From: Blastocladiella emersonii ATCC 22665
Lineage: Eukaryota; Fungi; Blastocladiomycota
Direction of reading: 5' to 3'
NCBI GenBank assembly: GCA_025594325.1
Contig: JANHCV010000006.1
Span: forward strand, 1,240,001-1,304,000
DNA: 64,000 bases
Shown piece by piece: positions 11,140 through 22,785 of this stretch. A program made the translations under genes and the position numbers. The notes under the pieces were generated by a model. It ran no database searches and was not told the origin of the DNA. It saw nothing but the letters and a program-made list of their open reading frames with translations. Positions within the stretch are counted from its first letter, which is position 1; each line of letters starts with the position of its first letter.

Positions 11140-11220
11140 TCGAGCATTTTGCCAAGGACAGCACGAACGCGCGCGGTAATCCAGCTCGCCTTGGGCTGGT
11201 GTTCATCGGCCCCAGCCCAT
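11140..11220 (+). pseudogene. Frameshifted C-terminal remnant of an F-box/RCC1 paralog
   Basis: LEHFAKDS in one frame, then RAVIQLALGWCSSA in another, matching ACFEQDRSKAVIHLAMGGWSSVA of paralog 2. Confidence 0.5.
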
Positions 11221-11409
11221 CCGAAGCTTGTGGAGTGGAGTGGTTCTCGAAAAGACGCGTTGTTCATCTGGGCTTCGAGAACGTGATTCATCCGATGGCG
11301 CTGACTTGAACCAGGGGTCCTGCTCGAACGGGTGGGTTCGCCGGCGCGGAAAATCAGCGCCGCGGTCCGCCGACGGTTCTCGCTCTCCCCCATCAACTCC
11401 ATGCATTCA

Positions 11410-12684
11410 ATGAGCGACCCGAAACCCAAGGTGACGCTCGACGACCTGCCGCTCGTCGCGCTCGAGAACATCCTGGCGCGGTGCACGCCGCGCGACGTGC
11501 TGGCCGTGTCGCGCCTGTCGCGCAAGTGGCGCACGATGTTGTCGAGCGCCGACGAGGAGCTGTGGAACGGGCTCCTGCGCGCCCACGCGTCGCGGTTCGC
11601 CCACGTCGTCCTCGCCCGCGCGCGCCGGCTGCAGCTCGACACCGTCACGCCGCGCGACCTGTACTTTGCGACCGTGTGCCGCGCCGAGATCCACGCGTGG
11701 GGCCAGATGGCGTGCGAGGTCGAGTGGCGCAACCCGGGCCACGTCCCCGTCGCCCTCGACGCGCCCGACGGCGTGCGCGAGCCCATCACGCAGATCGCCA
11801 TGGGCGGCAAGGCGCTGTACGTGGTCTACGGCGACGGCACGCTCGCGGTCCTCGGGCGCGTCCTCGAGTACGCGGGCCGGCGCCGCGACGAGCTCACGGT
11901 CATCCGCCGCGACGTGCACCGCGTGGTGCCCGCGCGGTACGGCGTGGCGATCCTGACCAAGGCCGGGAAGTGGGTCCGGTCCGAGGTCCGCAACAACGAG
12001 CAGCAGGAGGAGAAGGAGTACCGGCCGCGCTGGACGGGGCACCAGGAGGAGAGCAGCGACGAGGAAGAGGAGGACGACGAGCTCGGGCCCGCGTCGCTCG
12101 TCGTCGGGTCGGGCTGGGAGTGGATCGTCACGTACGACGCAAAGACCAAGAATCTCGTCGCGTCGCGCAACGGGACCGAGGTCAAGTGCACGTTCCCGCA
12201 CCCCGGCGTCCGGTTCGTCGGCAACACCGAGGACGACGTGGTCGTGGCCACGGCGACGCACGTCTACCAGCGCGCGATCCATCCCGCCGCCGAGTCGGAC
12301 CCGTGGCGCGAGCTGTTCGCCGTCACCACCACGGGCCCGCGCGAGGCGATTGTCGAGCTCAACTGCTTTTACCGCACCATCGGGCTCCGCACCACGCGGC
12401 GCGCGCTGTTCCTCGAGCCGGGCAACCCTGTCCCGCGCGAGCTCCCCGCGGGCGTGTGCAGCCTCGCCACGGGCGACTGGCACCACGGGTTCATCACCGA
12501 CGACGGGTCCGTGTACACGTGGGGCGCCTACTCGGACGGCGCCAACGGGCGCGAGCGCGGCGCGGTCAAGGAGCCCGAGCCCATGGCGTGCTTTGAGCAG
12601 GACCGCTCCAAGGCCGTGATCCATCTCGCGATGGGCGGGTGGTCGTCGGTCGCGCTGGTGGTCCCGCTGGGCCCGGTGTCCTGA
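11410..12684 (+). CDS. F-box + RCC1/BLIP-II repeat protein (Saf1-like), paralog 2
   Basis: LDDLPLVALENILARCTPRDVLAVSRLSRKW F-box; SLATGDWHHGFITDDGSVYTWG RCC1 motif; collinear with paralog 1 along its whole length. Confidence 0.85.
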   Translation: MSDPKPKVTLDDLPLVALENILARCTPRDVLAVSRLSRKWRTMLSSADEELWNGLLRAHASRFAHVVLARARRLQLDTVTPRDLYFATVCRAEIHAWGQMACEVEWRNPGHVPVALDAPDGVREPITQIAMGGKALYVVYGDGTLAVLGRVLEYAGRRRDELTVIRRDVHRVVPARYGVAILTKAGKWVRSEVRNNEQQEEKEYRPRWTGHQEESSDEEEEDDELGPASLVVGSGWEWIVTYDAKTKNLVASRNGTEVKCTFPHPGVRFVGNTEDDVVVATATHVYQRAIHPAAESDPWRELFAVTTTGPREAIVELNCFYRTIGLRTTRRALFLEPGNPVPRELPAGVCSLATGDWHHGFITDDGSVYTWGAYSDGANGRERGAVKEPEPMACFEQDRSKAVIHLAMGGWSSVALVVPLGPVS

Positions 12685-12870
12685 CGGTTGGACGCCGCTC
12701 GGAGAGAACATAGATGTGAGTTTTGATCGAGTCCGACTGAGAGGAAAGTGCTTGAAACCGTCGCTGGATCTCGCGCGCGGTGCTCGCTTTCCAAGCGACC
12801 ACCGCCCAACATAACTCACATGCAGACTACTGATGAACGTGGGGGAGAAGCACAGCAAGAGCGTGTTGTG

Positions 12871-12969
12871 GCTCTCATAGACCTGTCGCTCGTCGCGCTG
12901 GAGACCATCCTCGCGCGGTGCGCACCACGAGACGTCCTGTCCTCATGGTCCCGCTGGGCTCCGCCGTGA
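12871..12969 (+). pseudogene. Internally deleted F-box/RCC1 copy (F-box start fused to the gene's 3' end)
   Basis: LIDLSLVALETILARCAPRDVL is followed almost immediately by tggtcccgctgggc (12946-12959), identical to 12659-12672 at the end of paralog 2. Confidence 0.75.
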
Positions 12970-13312
12970 AGCCTTGATAGACCCTTATATGCGCGAAACG
13001 AGCTGAGAGAGCAGTGAGGTCGAGGCGGAGCGGCGGCGCATGCAGCGGTGGCGGAGTCGCGAGCGCGAGTCGGTCGGCGCGCTCGCTGAACGCTTCCGCT
13101 CCTCCCTCAACATTGCCACGGAACCACTCCCTACAACGCACCAAACGCACCGCCAGCAACAGCTCCTGGCGCCTGTAATCACGCTTACGGCGCGAGTGAC
13201 CCGCCGCCGCCGCCGTGTGCAGGAGCGAGTGAGAACCGCCTCCCCTGAACCACGCATCAACAACAGTCTTCCACCGGGATCTCGGCCGCAATCGAGTTGA
13301 CCGTGGCGTAGC

Positions 13313-16300
13313 ATGTGTACGTCGGAGCACGCCACCGCGGCGCCATCGACCAGCGAGCGCTGACCCGCCGCCGCATACAACGTGCATGTAGCCACGCCGA
13401 CGACGCCCTCGCCGCCGCCGGCCTCGGCCATCCGCGGCCCGCAGGTCGCCGGCCTGCTCGCGTCGCCGAGCCTCGCCATCGGGATCCCGCTGCCGCCGTC
13501 GCCGCTCGAGCCCATCCGCACCCCGCGGCCCGTGACGCCCGGGTCGACAGCCGGCACCTCGCGGCTCGTCCCGCTCGCCACGAGCCCCGCGCCGCCTGTC
13601 CCCGCCGTCCCGAACCGCCCCTCGCAGCACTTCCGCCCCGCGCCCGGCGGCGGATACCCGGACGGGAGCGCGAGTGAGAGCGAGGGCGAGGTGCTGCACT
13701 TCCACGACGACGAGGAGGAGGAGAAAGATCGGAGCAATGTCCCCCTCGCGCTCGTGCCTGCGCCGAACGTCGGCCTCACCTTCTCCTTCAACCCGCGCGA
13801 CTCGTTCCTGTACGACGAGCCCGCCGGCCCGCACCTTGGCGGCAACGATGAGGATACCAGCCGGTACCTCGACCCCGTCGACGAGCTGCTCGACGCGCTC
13901 GAGGCCGACCGCGACCTCGTGCACGACCACCCCGGTGCCGACGACGACGACGGGCGCGGCGATCGGCACAACCAGCCGCCGCACGACGAGGACGACCGCG
14001 AGTCGTACCTGCTGCAGTCCGAGATCTACACGGACTCGGGCGACACGTCGACCATGGACCCGGAGCTCGCCGCCGTCGCCGACGCGCACCCGGAGTTTGC
14101 CCGGTACCTCAAGCAGCTCGCCGCGCTGCGCACCATCTGCGACCGCATGGAGGCCGACAACCTGCGCGCGTGCCAGGAGCGCGACGACGCACACGACCAG
14201 ATCGAGGACCTCGCCGCCCGCGTCCAAGACCTCGAGGCCGAGCTCGCCGACGTCGAGCCGCGCGCCGAGGCTGCCGTCGCCGAGATCGAGACCCGCGCCG
14301 AGGCCGAGATCGCGTACCTCCAGGACGCCCTCGAGAAGGCCGAGGAGAACCTCGCCAACTCCCACGCCATGCTCGCCGCACGCGAGAACGCGCACAATAA
14401 GCAGACCGAGCTCGTCCAGGAGACGCTCGCCGAAGTCAAGCTCGCCCTCGCGCTCGCTGAAGGCGCACGCGACGACACCCTCCGTGAACGCGACGATGCA
14501 CTCGCCGAGCGCGACGCTGCACACGAGCAGATCGAGCAGCTCGTCGCTGAGCGCGACCGCGCCCTCGCCAAGGCCAGCGCCGCCGCCGACTGGCGCCGCC
14601 GCGCCGAGGCTGCCGAGAAGGCCCGCGACCAGATGGCCGAGGATTTCGCCATGCTCAAGGCCCAGCAGATGCAGTACCCGCCCGCCGAGCCCGTCGCTGC
14701 TCCCGCCGCCGACGAGTCTGACCGGGTTCGTGACCTCGAGGCCCAGCTTGCGATGCTCCGCGCCAACCTCGACGCGCAGGTCGAGGCGGTCAAGAAGGCC
14801 GAGTCGGCTCGCGCGCTGCCCCCGGCGGCGCCCGCGAGTCCGCGCCCCGCCTCGCCCGCTGCCGCCGCACCGGCGACTTCGTCCCGCTCCGCCACCCCCG
14901 CCGCCGCCGCTGCGGGCTCGTCGCGCCCCGCGACCCCGGCCGAGAAGGCGACCGCCGAGCTGACGCGCGACCGCGACGCGGCGCTGTACCTGGCGCAGGA
15001 CCTGAAACTCGATCTCGCGCGCGAGTCCGAGGAGCGCGCGCGCCTCGCCGACGCGCTGACCGACTCGCGCGCCTCGGCGACCGCCGACACCGCCGAACTC
15101 GAGGCCACACGCGACGCGCTCGGGGCCGCGCAGGCGCGCATCTTCGACCTCGAGGCCGACCTGACCGCCGCCACGGGCGAAAACCAGCTCCTCGCGTCGC
15201 GCTTCGAGCAGGCCACCGCCACGCAGTCGACGCTGCAGCGCGCGCTCAACGAGGCCCACGGCGCGCTCCAGCAGCTCCGCGCTGAGGCCGGCGCGCTCCG
15301 CGAGAAGCTCGAGGCCGCGAACGCCGACCGCGCCACGTTCCTCGACGATAACGCCGACCTCATTGAGCGGGTTCGCGAGTGGAAGGCCCGCGCGGTTGAG
15401 GCCGAGGAGCGCGCGAACGAGTGGAAGGCGCGCGCGACCGCGGCCGAGGAGTGCGCCAACACGCTCGGCGCGGATATCAAGGAGTCGTCCGCCATCCTCA
15501 AGGCGTCCCTCGGCCGTGTGGTCGAGATGGCCACTGCGGCCACGTCGCCCGAGCCGCCCGCCGCCGAGGCCGAGGAGCGGGCAGTGGAGGAGGCGCTGGC
15601 GCCCGGCATCGACCCCGCCCACGTCGCTGCCCTCGAGGCCCGCATCGCCGAGCTCGAGACGGACCGCGAGCGGCTCAACGACACGCTCGCAGCGTCGCGC
15701 GCGACCGCCAGCGCGCAGGCCGCGTCGCTGCAGGCGCGGTGCGCCACGCTCGACCACCAGGCACACGAGGCCGAGCAGCTGTGCACCCAGTACCAGGCGT
15801 CCGTCGACCAGCTCGAGCGCGACCTCACCGCCGCGCGCGACGAGGCCGACCAGCTCGCCGCGCAGCTCGACGCCGAGAAGGACGCCGCTGACACCGCCCG
15901 CGCCGCCGCCGCACACGCCCAGGAGTCGGCGACCCGCGCCGCGGCCGAGCTCGAGAACGCCAAGCGCGCGGTGCGCCGCCTCGAGGCCGACCGCGAGCAC
16001 CTCGAGGACCGGCTCAAGGTCCTCAACGGGCAGTCGGTCGCGGCGCTCGACCGCCTCGATGCCGCGACGCGCGCCCGCGACGAGGCTGCCGCGACCGCCG
16101 CCTCGGCCACGGCCGCCGTCGCCGCGCTCGAGTCGCAGGTCCAGGACGCCCTCGCGCGCGCCATGACCGCCGACGCCCTGCAGGCGCGCATCACGGACCT
16201 CGAGGCGCAGCTTGCGGCGTCCGCCGAGCACGTCCAGGAGCTCGAGGTCAAGTGCGCCGGCGCCGCGCACACGCTGCTCGAGGCGCAGTCCGCGCTCGCG

Positions 16301-18953
16301 GCGCTGCAGCGCGAGGGCGACGAGGGCGAAGCCGCCGAGGCCGAGCTCGAGGCACAGAACGACGAGCTGCGCGAGGCCGTCGACTCGCTCAACGAGGAGG
16401 TCGGCATGCTCAACCGCGAGCTCGACCGCGCCACCGAGCAGCTCGGCGAGGCCCGCCGCGCGGCTGAGCGCGCCGCCGCCCGCGCCGCTAAGCTCGACGA
16501 GGAGAAGGTCGCGCTCACCAACGAGCTCGTCGCCCTCCAGACCCAGCTACGCGACGCGACTGACCGCGACCGCATTGCGGATCTCGAGCGCCGCGCAGCT
16601 GCCGCCGACGAGGCGATTGCTGCCGCGCAGGCCGCCGAGCGCGCCGCCGCCGAGGACCGCGACCGCATCGAGGCCGAGTACGTCGAGGCCATGAACCGCG
16701 TCACGGACCTCACCGCCGAGACGGGCCAGCTCACGGCCGAGCTCGAGCAGCTGCGCCGCGACGTCGCCGCGGAGCGCCAGGCCGCCGAGACCGCCACGCG
16801 CCAGGCTGCGGCGGCCGAACCCGCGCTCGCGCGCGCGACCGACGCCGAGACCCGCGCGGCCGCCCTCGCCGCCGACCTCGACGCCGCGCGCACCACCGTC
16901 GCCGAGGTCTCGTCGTCCCTCGCCGCTGCCCGCGAGGAGGCCATGGACCTGCGCGCCCAGGCGACCGCCGCCGAGCGCGACCGGCTCCTTGCGCAGTCGG
17001 CGCTCATCGAGACCCAGAACGCGCTCACGCTCGCGCAACGCCAGCTCGAGCGCGTCCGCAGCACCACGCCCGCGCAGCATAGTGGGAGTACCACGCCGCC
17101 GTCGCTGTCGCGCACCCTCACGGGCCCGCGCGGCGGAAGTCCGCGGCCGCGCACGCCGAGTACGCCGGCGCAGGGCCATTTCTCGTCGTCGTCATCGTCC
17201 TCGGCCGCTGCCGCCGCCGCCGCAATGCAGCACGACATCCAGGTGCGCGACAAGCAGCTCGCGGCCATGACGGAAAAGTACGCGACGGTGGTGGCGCAGT
17301 TCCAGGCCATCTCGGCCAAGTCGGCCAACATGAAGCGCGCCGTGGCCGCGAAAATGGCCGAGCTCGAGGCGCGCGAGCGCGACCTCGACGCCCAGCGGCT
17401 CGAGTTCGTCGCGCTCGAAAAGGAGTACCTCGCCCAGGTCGAGTCCCTGCACGAGAACATCCACGCGCTCCGCATCGCGCTGTCCGAGGCCAACGCCGCC
17501 ATCGAGGCCAAGGACGGCGCTATCAACGCCCTCGCGAACGCCATCGACGCGTACCGCCGCGCCGTCGGCGAGATCCCCGGCGTCGATCTCGGCGAGCTCG
17601 CGGCGACCGTCGAGGGGTCCGACCATCCCGGTCGCGGCGCGTACCACGGTAACGGTGATTACGAGGAGGACGAGGACAGCGACGAGCTCGAGATGGGCGA
17701 CGAGCTGGACCGGCACGCGACCCCGCGCCCGTCCAAGTCGCCGCGCTCCGCTACCGTCGCGTCGCCGCCGCAGGCGACCCCCGGCGCAACGACGACGACG
17801 ACGACGACTACGACCATCGACCGCGAGCTCGAGCAGCTCCGCGACGAGGTGCACGACCGCGACCTGCTGCTCATGGAGCGCGAGACGGACATCGAGAAGC
17901 TCAAGACGGAGCTCATGTGCCTGCAGCACGACGTGGAGCGGGTCCGCGAGGAGCGCAACCAGTACGAGGACCGGTGGCAGCGCGCGCAGGCCGAGGCGCA
18001 GGCGCTGATCCAGCAGCAACAGCAACGCGCCGCGACTGCGAATGCGGGCGACGACGAGTCCCTCCAGCAGATGGCGCAGGCGCTCCTCGAGCTCAAGCGC
18101 GAGTACCACCACCGCGTCGCCGAGCGCGACGAGCTCAAGCGCAAGGTGCACAACGAGCGCGCGTATTTCGCCAAGCTCCAGTCCGAGGCCAGCGCCGAGC
18201 GACAGCGGCTCGAGGACCGGCTCGCGCAAGCCGAGGCCGCTGCCGCAATGGGAAGCAGCAGCAGCTCCGCGGCCGCGGCCGCCGTCGACGCGTCCGCCGT
18301 CGCGGCCGCCGACGAACGCGCGCAGCGGTACCGTGCAAAGTACCTCCGCGAGGCCGCGCACCGCGCCGCGCTCGTCCAGCAGAAGGCGTACCTCACGTCC
18401 GTCCTGCGCACTTACAAGCAAGGGTACGCGCCGCCGTCAGTCGGTTTGGGAGAGGTGCGAACGGTGATCACTGACACACGACGATGATTATAGGGAAGAA
18501 ACATCATGGCGTCTGATCCAGGACCTCGGCATTCCGCGCCCGTCGCGCCGCCGCGCCGCCGAGGCGCACCCGCGCACGCGACTCCGTACTGCGTTCGCCG
18601 CAGTGCTCGCCGCCGTTCGACTCGCCCGGTTCGCATCGGCGGCGGCCGGTGCTGCGCCCGTCGCACCCGTCCTCTCGGCCGCGTCCAGCTCGTCGTCGGT
18701 CGCGACGGTCCGCGCGTCGAGCTCCAAGCGGTCGGCTGCCACAGTGGCGACGCCGATTGCCCGGCCACGCACCACGAGCGGGGCCGCGGCTGGCGCGAGC
18801 GCGTCGCTCGCTGCGGGTGCTGCTTCATCGTCGTTGTCGCGGCGGAGGCGAGACTCGCTCGTTGGCGGCAACGCGGCCGCGGGCGAGCACCACCACCGCC
18901 ACTACGCGCACCAGCAGCACCAGTACCAGTATCAGCACCACGGCGGACAGTAG
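13313..18953 (+). CDS. Large coiled-coil centrosome/SPB protein with a C-terminal PACT domain (pericentrin/Pcp1-like); introns 13317-13391 and 18424-18493
   Basis: Over 1,000 aa of heptad-rich coiled coil. RAKYLREAAHRAALVQQKAYL plus, after splicing, RTRLRTAFAAVLAAVRL match the two PACT halves. A 4-nt first coding exon ATGT + CC gives MSTPTTP in frame. Confidence 0.82.
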
Positions 18954-19039
18954 CGAGTATGAGTAGGGAACACAACAACATGTAGATTCAATCAATCAAA
19001 TGCAAACATCACCATCACCATAATCACAGCGGAATGAAG

Positions 19040-19424
19040 GGGCGAATCCCGCCCGGCTGGACGCGCGCGTTGATCAGCTTGCGGACGTGCTTGCGCGAGC
19101 CCTCGAGGGTGGCGGGAAGCTCGTGATCCAAGGGTAGCGGCGTATTCTTTAAAGCACAACGCACAGTTTCCGGAGCGCGAGCTGATCCGCCTGCTCGTCA
19201 ATTGTGATCTGGACGTTGTCCTTGGCTTCGTGTCGCGCATTGGGTTCCCAACCAGTGTTGATTTCTGACGCCAGGTCCCTGATGGCGCGCTGGACACACT
19301 GCGCGGCGCAGCGTGGCTTTCGCGCGTCATCGCCGCGTGCGAGCGCGATTCGCGCACGGAAACCGTTGCGGAGCTCAAGCGCGTTGCCCCAGCCGGATCA
19401 TCAGCGGCTGATGGGAGCGCATGA
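19040..19424 (+). pseudogene. C-terminal remnant of the dispersed F-box-like family (homologous to the end of 31142-33417)
   Basis: DF*RQVPDGALDTLRGAAWLSRVIAACERDSRTETVAELKRVAPAGSS aligns with DFRRLVPDGALDRVRDAAWVRRAVSTCKRWRLDATIEELKRVAPIGSS. In-frame stops present. Confidence 0.8.
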
Positions 19425-19686
19425 CTCTAATGCCCGTGTCAAGGAGTTCAGAGCCGAAATACAAGGTTTAGTTCTAGTCAATATGAGTGGAGCGTCCATA
19501 GTTTTCTCTAAGGTTTAAGCGAAACATCGGCCGCAGTTAGCGCTGCGAGACGCGTCGCGAAATCATGTGAGACGGCTGGCCACCAGGCGCCCTGCCAGGC
19601 AGCCTGCCAGGCGCCCAAAGTGCGCCACCTGCGAAACCACCAGCGCTCCCCGGCGAAGCTTCACAATGAATCAACACCCGCTCAAC

Positions 19687-20530
19687 ATGGATCATAACTC
19701 CTTGCATTATGGTCGAGGCATCGAACCTATAGCAGATCCGAGCTGCGGTGAGCTTGTTCGCTTCGGCCTTGGCGACGTCCCGTCGGAGCTTCTTGATGTC
19801 ATCGTGCAGCTCGTTGCGCCGCGTCGATGGCTGTTTACGTCGACGCGTGAGTTTTGAGATACGGCATCAGTTCCGACAGTCAAACGGGTGTGGACTCGCC
19901 GCTGCTTGGCCTCGATGCTACAGGGCGCCAACGCACGGGTCAATCTCCAGAGCTACGCGCCTCTCACCGACCTTGACGGATACCTAGTCCGTTTCAAGCC
20001 GAGTACCGCAGCCTATCTCCATCACGACATTTATCGTGCGGCTTCGGACGTGTTTCTTGGGCTCATCCAGCCGCTGCGCGCAACGTGGGCGTCTGATCCG
20101 GGTGGGCTCGTCCAGCTTGCCAAAGCTCTCAAGGACGGCGAAATCATTTTCAAACATGTTCGTCGAGTTAAAGCTAAGAAGAGCGTCCCGTCAAGCTTCA
20201 ACTCGCCCGTCTGCTCTCAAGTTCAACTGCTCGTTGCGGCCGTCACTCAAGGCAATGCGATCGCGACCCATCAACTGCTCAAGGTACAATCGAGTAGGCA
20301 ACCGAGCTCCCCAACGTCTCGCTCAGAAACTGGTACAGCGAGCACCGAGCCTTCCCGCGAATCCGCATTTTCACCTTTCGCAGGCTCTCGCAACCTCTCC
20401 GCCTGCTCAAGCACCTCGCGCTTCTCTCAATCCTATTTTGGAGGCCGGCTTCTTCGACGCACTCGATGACCTGAACCTGATCTTGGACACGAATGCGCTG
20501 GTTTCGCGTATGCAAGGCGGAGATGGACTT
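19687..20530 (+). pseudogene. N-terminal half of a dispersed F-box-like family member, with stop and frameshifts
   Basis: LGDVPSELLDVIVQLVAP...REF*...VKRVWTRR; SQVQLLVAAVTQGNAIATHQLL vs SQAQLFLAAVASGDAAICQLL; QPLRLLKHLALL vs HPLRLLDFLTLL. The matches fall in different frames. Confidence 0.75.
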
Positions 20531-22119
20531 TGACCGTATCCTCAAGGACCACTTCTCCAAGAGCAGCACACATGTCAACGAGCCATCGCGCACCCCAGTC
20601 TTCTCCCACAGCGCAGCTCATATATAAATTTGCGCGATCGTTTTCCATTCTCGAATCGTGTTGCTCATCATCCGCGCGTCGAAGGAAAAGGGCAGGAACC
20701 GCCGCCGTGGTCGCTTGCGATGGCCATGGCTGCGCACCTCACCCTCGCCCGTTTTACCACAAATGGTCATGGCCCCCGAAAAATCCCTCAATTACTCCTG
20801 ACTTTGAAACGTGTCGCATGATGCATAGCTGGATCGCTTAACTCCGATCGATCGAAACTGACCAAGGTACGGTCGCGTCGCTCATTGCACGTGCGCTCGT
20901 GACGCCACGATGTGCACAGCGCCGGCACGCTCGTGAGGGTTGCAACGTGCGCAATCTCGTAACCGATGCATAAAATGCTTGAGGAGTAGCACCAGAAAAG
21001 GGGAGGCCGCCTCCCTCGCCGCGGCGGCGGGGAGGGCAGAGAATTGAGGCGGAGGCGGAGGAAAGAGGTGGAGAGAGTGCGGGCGAAACGGTGCGCGTTG
21101 CGCAGGGATAGGTGTATCGAGTGCGTGGTAAGCAGTGAGTCGGGTGGGGACTGCGTCGCTCATGTAAGCGGCGAACGTTCGAGTCGTGCGCGTGCAACGA
21201 AGAGGAGCAGCTCCCGGCGCATCATGTGCTGATGAACGTCGCGTCTCGGTGCGCTCGCCGCTCGCATTCTTATCGCGCCCGCGTACTTCGAGCGCTCCAA
21301 TGCACGCTTCTTGTCCCTTCGATCATCGTCTGGAACCTCGTGAGCGCGGCGGCGGAGATGGCCACAGTGCCGCGCGGCGAGGACTCGCGCGGCACACGCC
21401 CAGGCGCGGCGTTCATGGTCACCGAAGGGCACGTTTTCAGGAAACTCTCGAGCACACCTTCCACCAAGCCTGGGTCCGTTTGATTCACACAGTCCGCAAA
21501 GCAGGCGAATTGGTTCGAAGGCAGCAGTGTCCATGACCACGGCGAAGGGGATGGATCGCAGCGCTTGTTCGCTCTTCACCGCACACGCAATGAAGCTGGG
21601 CTGGTGGTCGACACGCCATGCACCGGGGAGAGTCATCACTTCCCCGATCACGTCAATGGTCATCTCGTGGCCGCGACCGACGATCGGTGCAGCTGCGGCG
21701 CAGCGACGCAGCGAGCCGCTGCTGCAGCAAGCACCGTACTGCGTGTTTTGAGCGCGTCCGCAGTAAGCGTTGACCGCATCCGCAGCGTCTCCTGTCCCGC
21801 GTGGAACATGCTGCGGTCAGTTCTCTTGCTGCGGTGGCGGTGGTTTGAGCTCGCACGCGAATCAAAGAAGGCGAGCGGCTTCCACGGGAGATTTCTGGAG
21901 CGCGCGCGTGTGGCGTCGCTGTTCACGCCCTCCTTGACCGAGCAAGCCGGTTGCGCCCATGAGCAATCCGATGGCGAGCAAGCCCGCCCGGCGTCCCTTC
22001 CCATAAGATCGGGCGACCCCCGCAGACCCGGGTTCGAGGCGTTGTTGGCGCTGGCGGAGCACATGCGGCTTAACCCGACCATTTACCAGTGCCAAAGGAC
22101 TAGTGGGGTAGCTAATGCG

Positions 22120-22785
22120 ATGACTATGAAGCGCGATACAACGACAGGCGCGTTCGTCAGGGAGAATCGCGGCGCCAACAAGCAGTTGGTATACGACGAC
22201 AAGAAGGGGCTGCGCGTGGTGCAGCGCAACAGAAACGGCGATGGCAGGTATGACGTGACCAAGTCGTACCGCGACGGTAAGCTGGTGTGGGCGGCGGCCG
22301 ACACCAACGGCAATTACCAGATGGACTACTTCATGACGACCGGCGCCGACGGGTCCATCACGTACACGTACGACAAGAACGAGGACGGGATCGCCGAGCG
22401 CACGATCGTCGTCAAGGACGGCGTGAGCATCGAGCAGCACGACTACGACGGCAACGGCAAGGTCAACGCCACCGTGCACCGCTACGCCGACGGCACCACG
22501 TACACGGAGTACGACATTTCGAACGACGGCATCCTCGACGCCGCCACCACGTACCGCGACGGCCGGCTCGTGTCAGGCGCGTACGACAGGAGCTACGACG
22601 GTGTCCTTGACACGAGCGTGGTGCGCAACGCCGGGGATGGCAAGTACAACATGTTCAAGGACACGGGCCAGGACGGCACCTTCGAGACGGAGCTCGGGCC
22701 CGACAACGGCGCCCTCTCCAACTTCCTCAACTCGGTTGCCAGGTTCACTGAGTTCAGGGACGTAAACGTTGGTTACGAGGCTTAG
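22120..22785 (+). CDS. Dx[DN]xDG-like repeat protein (seven acidic turn motifs about 23-24 aa apart); start uncertain
   Basis: NRNGDGRYD, DTNGNYQMD, DKNEDGIAE, DYDGNGKVN, DISNDGILD, DRSYDGVLD and DTGQDGTFE, separated by beta-strand-like Tyr/Thr/Val segments. High-GC3 codon usage begins near ATG 22120. Confidence 0.75.
   Translation: MTMKRDTTTGAFVRENRGANKQLVYDDKKGLRVVQRNRNGDGRYDVTKSYRDGKLVWAAADTNGNYQMDYFMTTGADGSITYTYDKNEDGIAERTIVVKDGVSIEQHDYDGNGKVNATVHRYADGTTYTEYDISNDGILDAATTYRDGRLVSGAYDRSYDGVLDTSVVRNAGDGKYNMFKDTGQDGTFETELGPDNGALSNFLNSVARFTEFRDVNVGYEA

Noticed and set aside
12875-17544. Very long antisense ORFs (1131 aa, 1172 aa) opposite the coiled-coil gene, and similar shadows opposite EMC1, APL4, ATG1 and the mucin gene
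   Set aside because: Expected by-product of extreme GC3 bias (few stops in alternative frames); translations are low-complexity Arg/Ala/Val with no motifs.
19855-19857. In-frame TGA codons as possible selenocysteine or stop-codon reassignment
   Set aside because: Lesions across the family include TGA, TAG, TAA and frameshifts, do not align to Cys, and housekeeping genes use all three stops normally.
20800-21660. Short ORFs in the lower-GC stretch as a possible transposon or helicase relic
   Set aside because: No recognisable transposase, helicase or RT motif, and no terminal repeats found.
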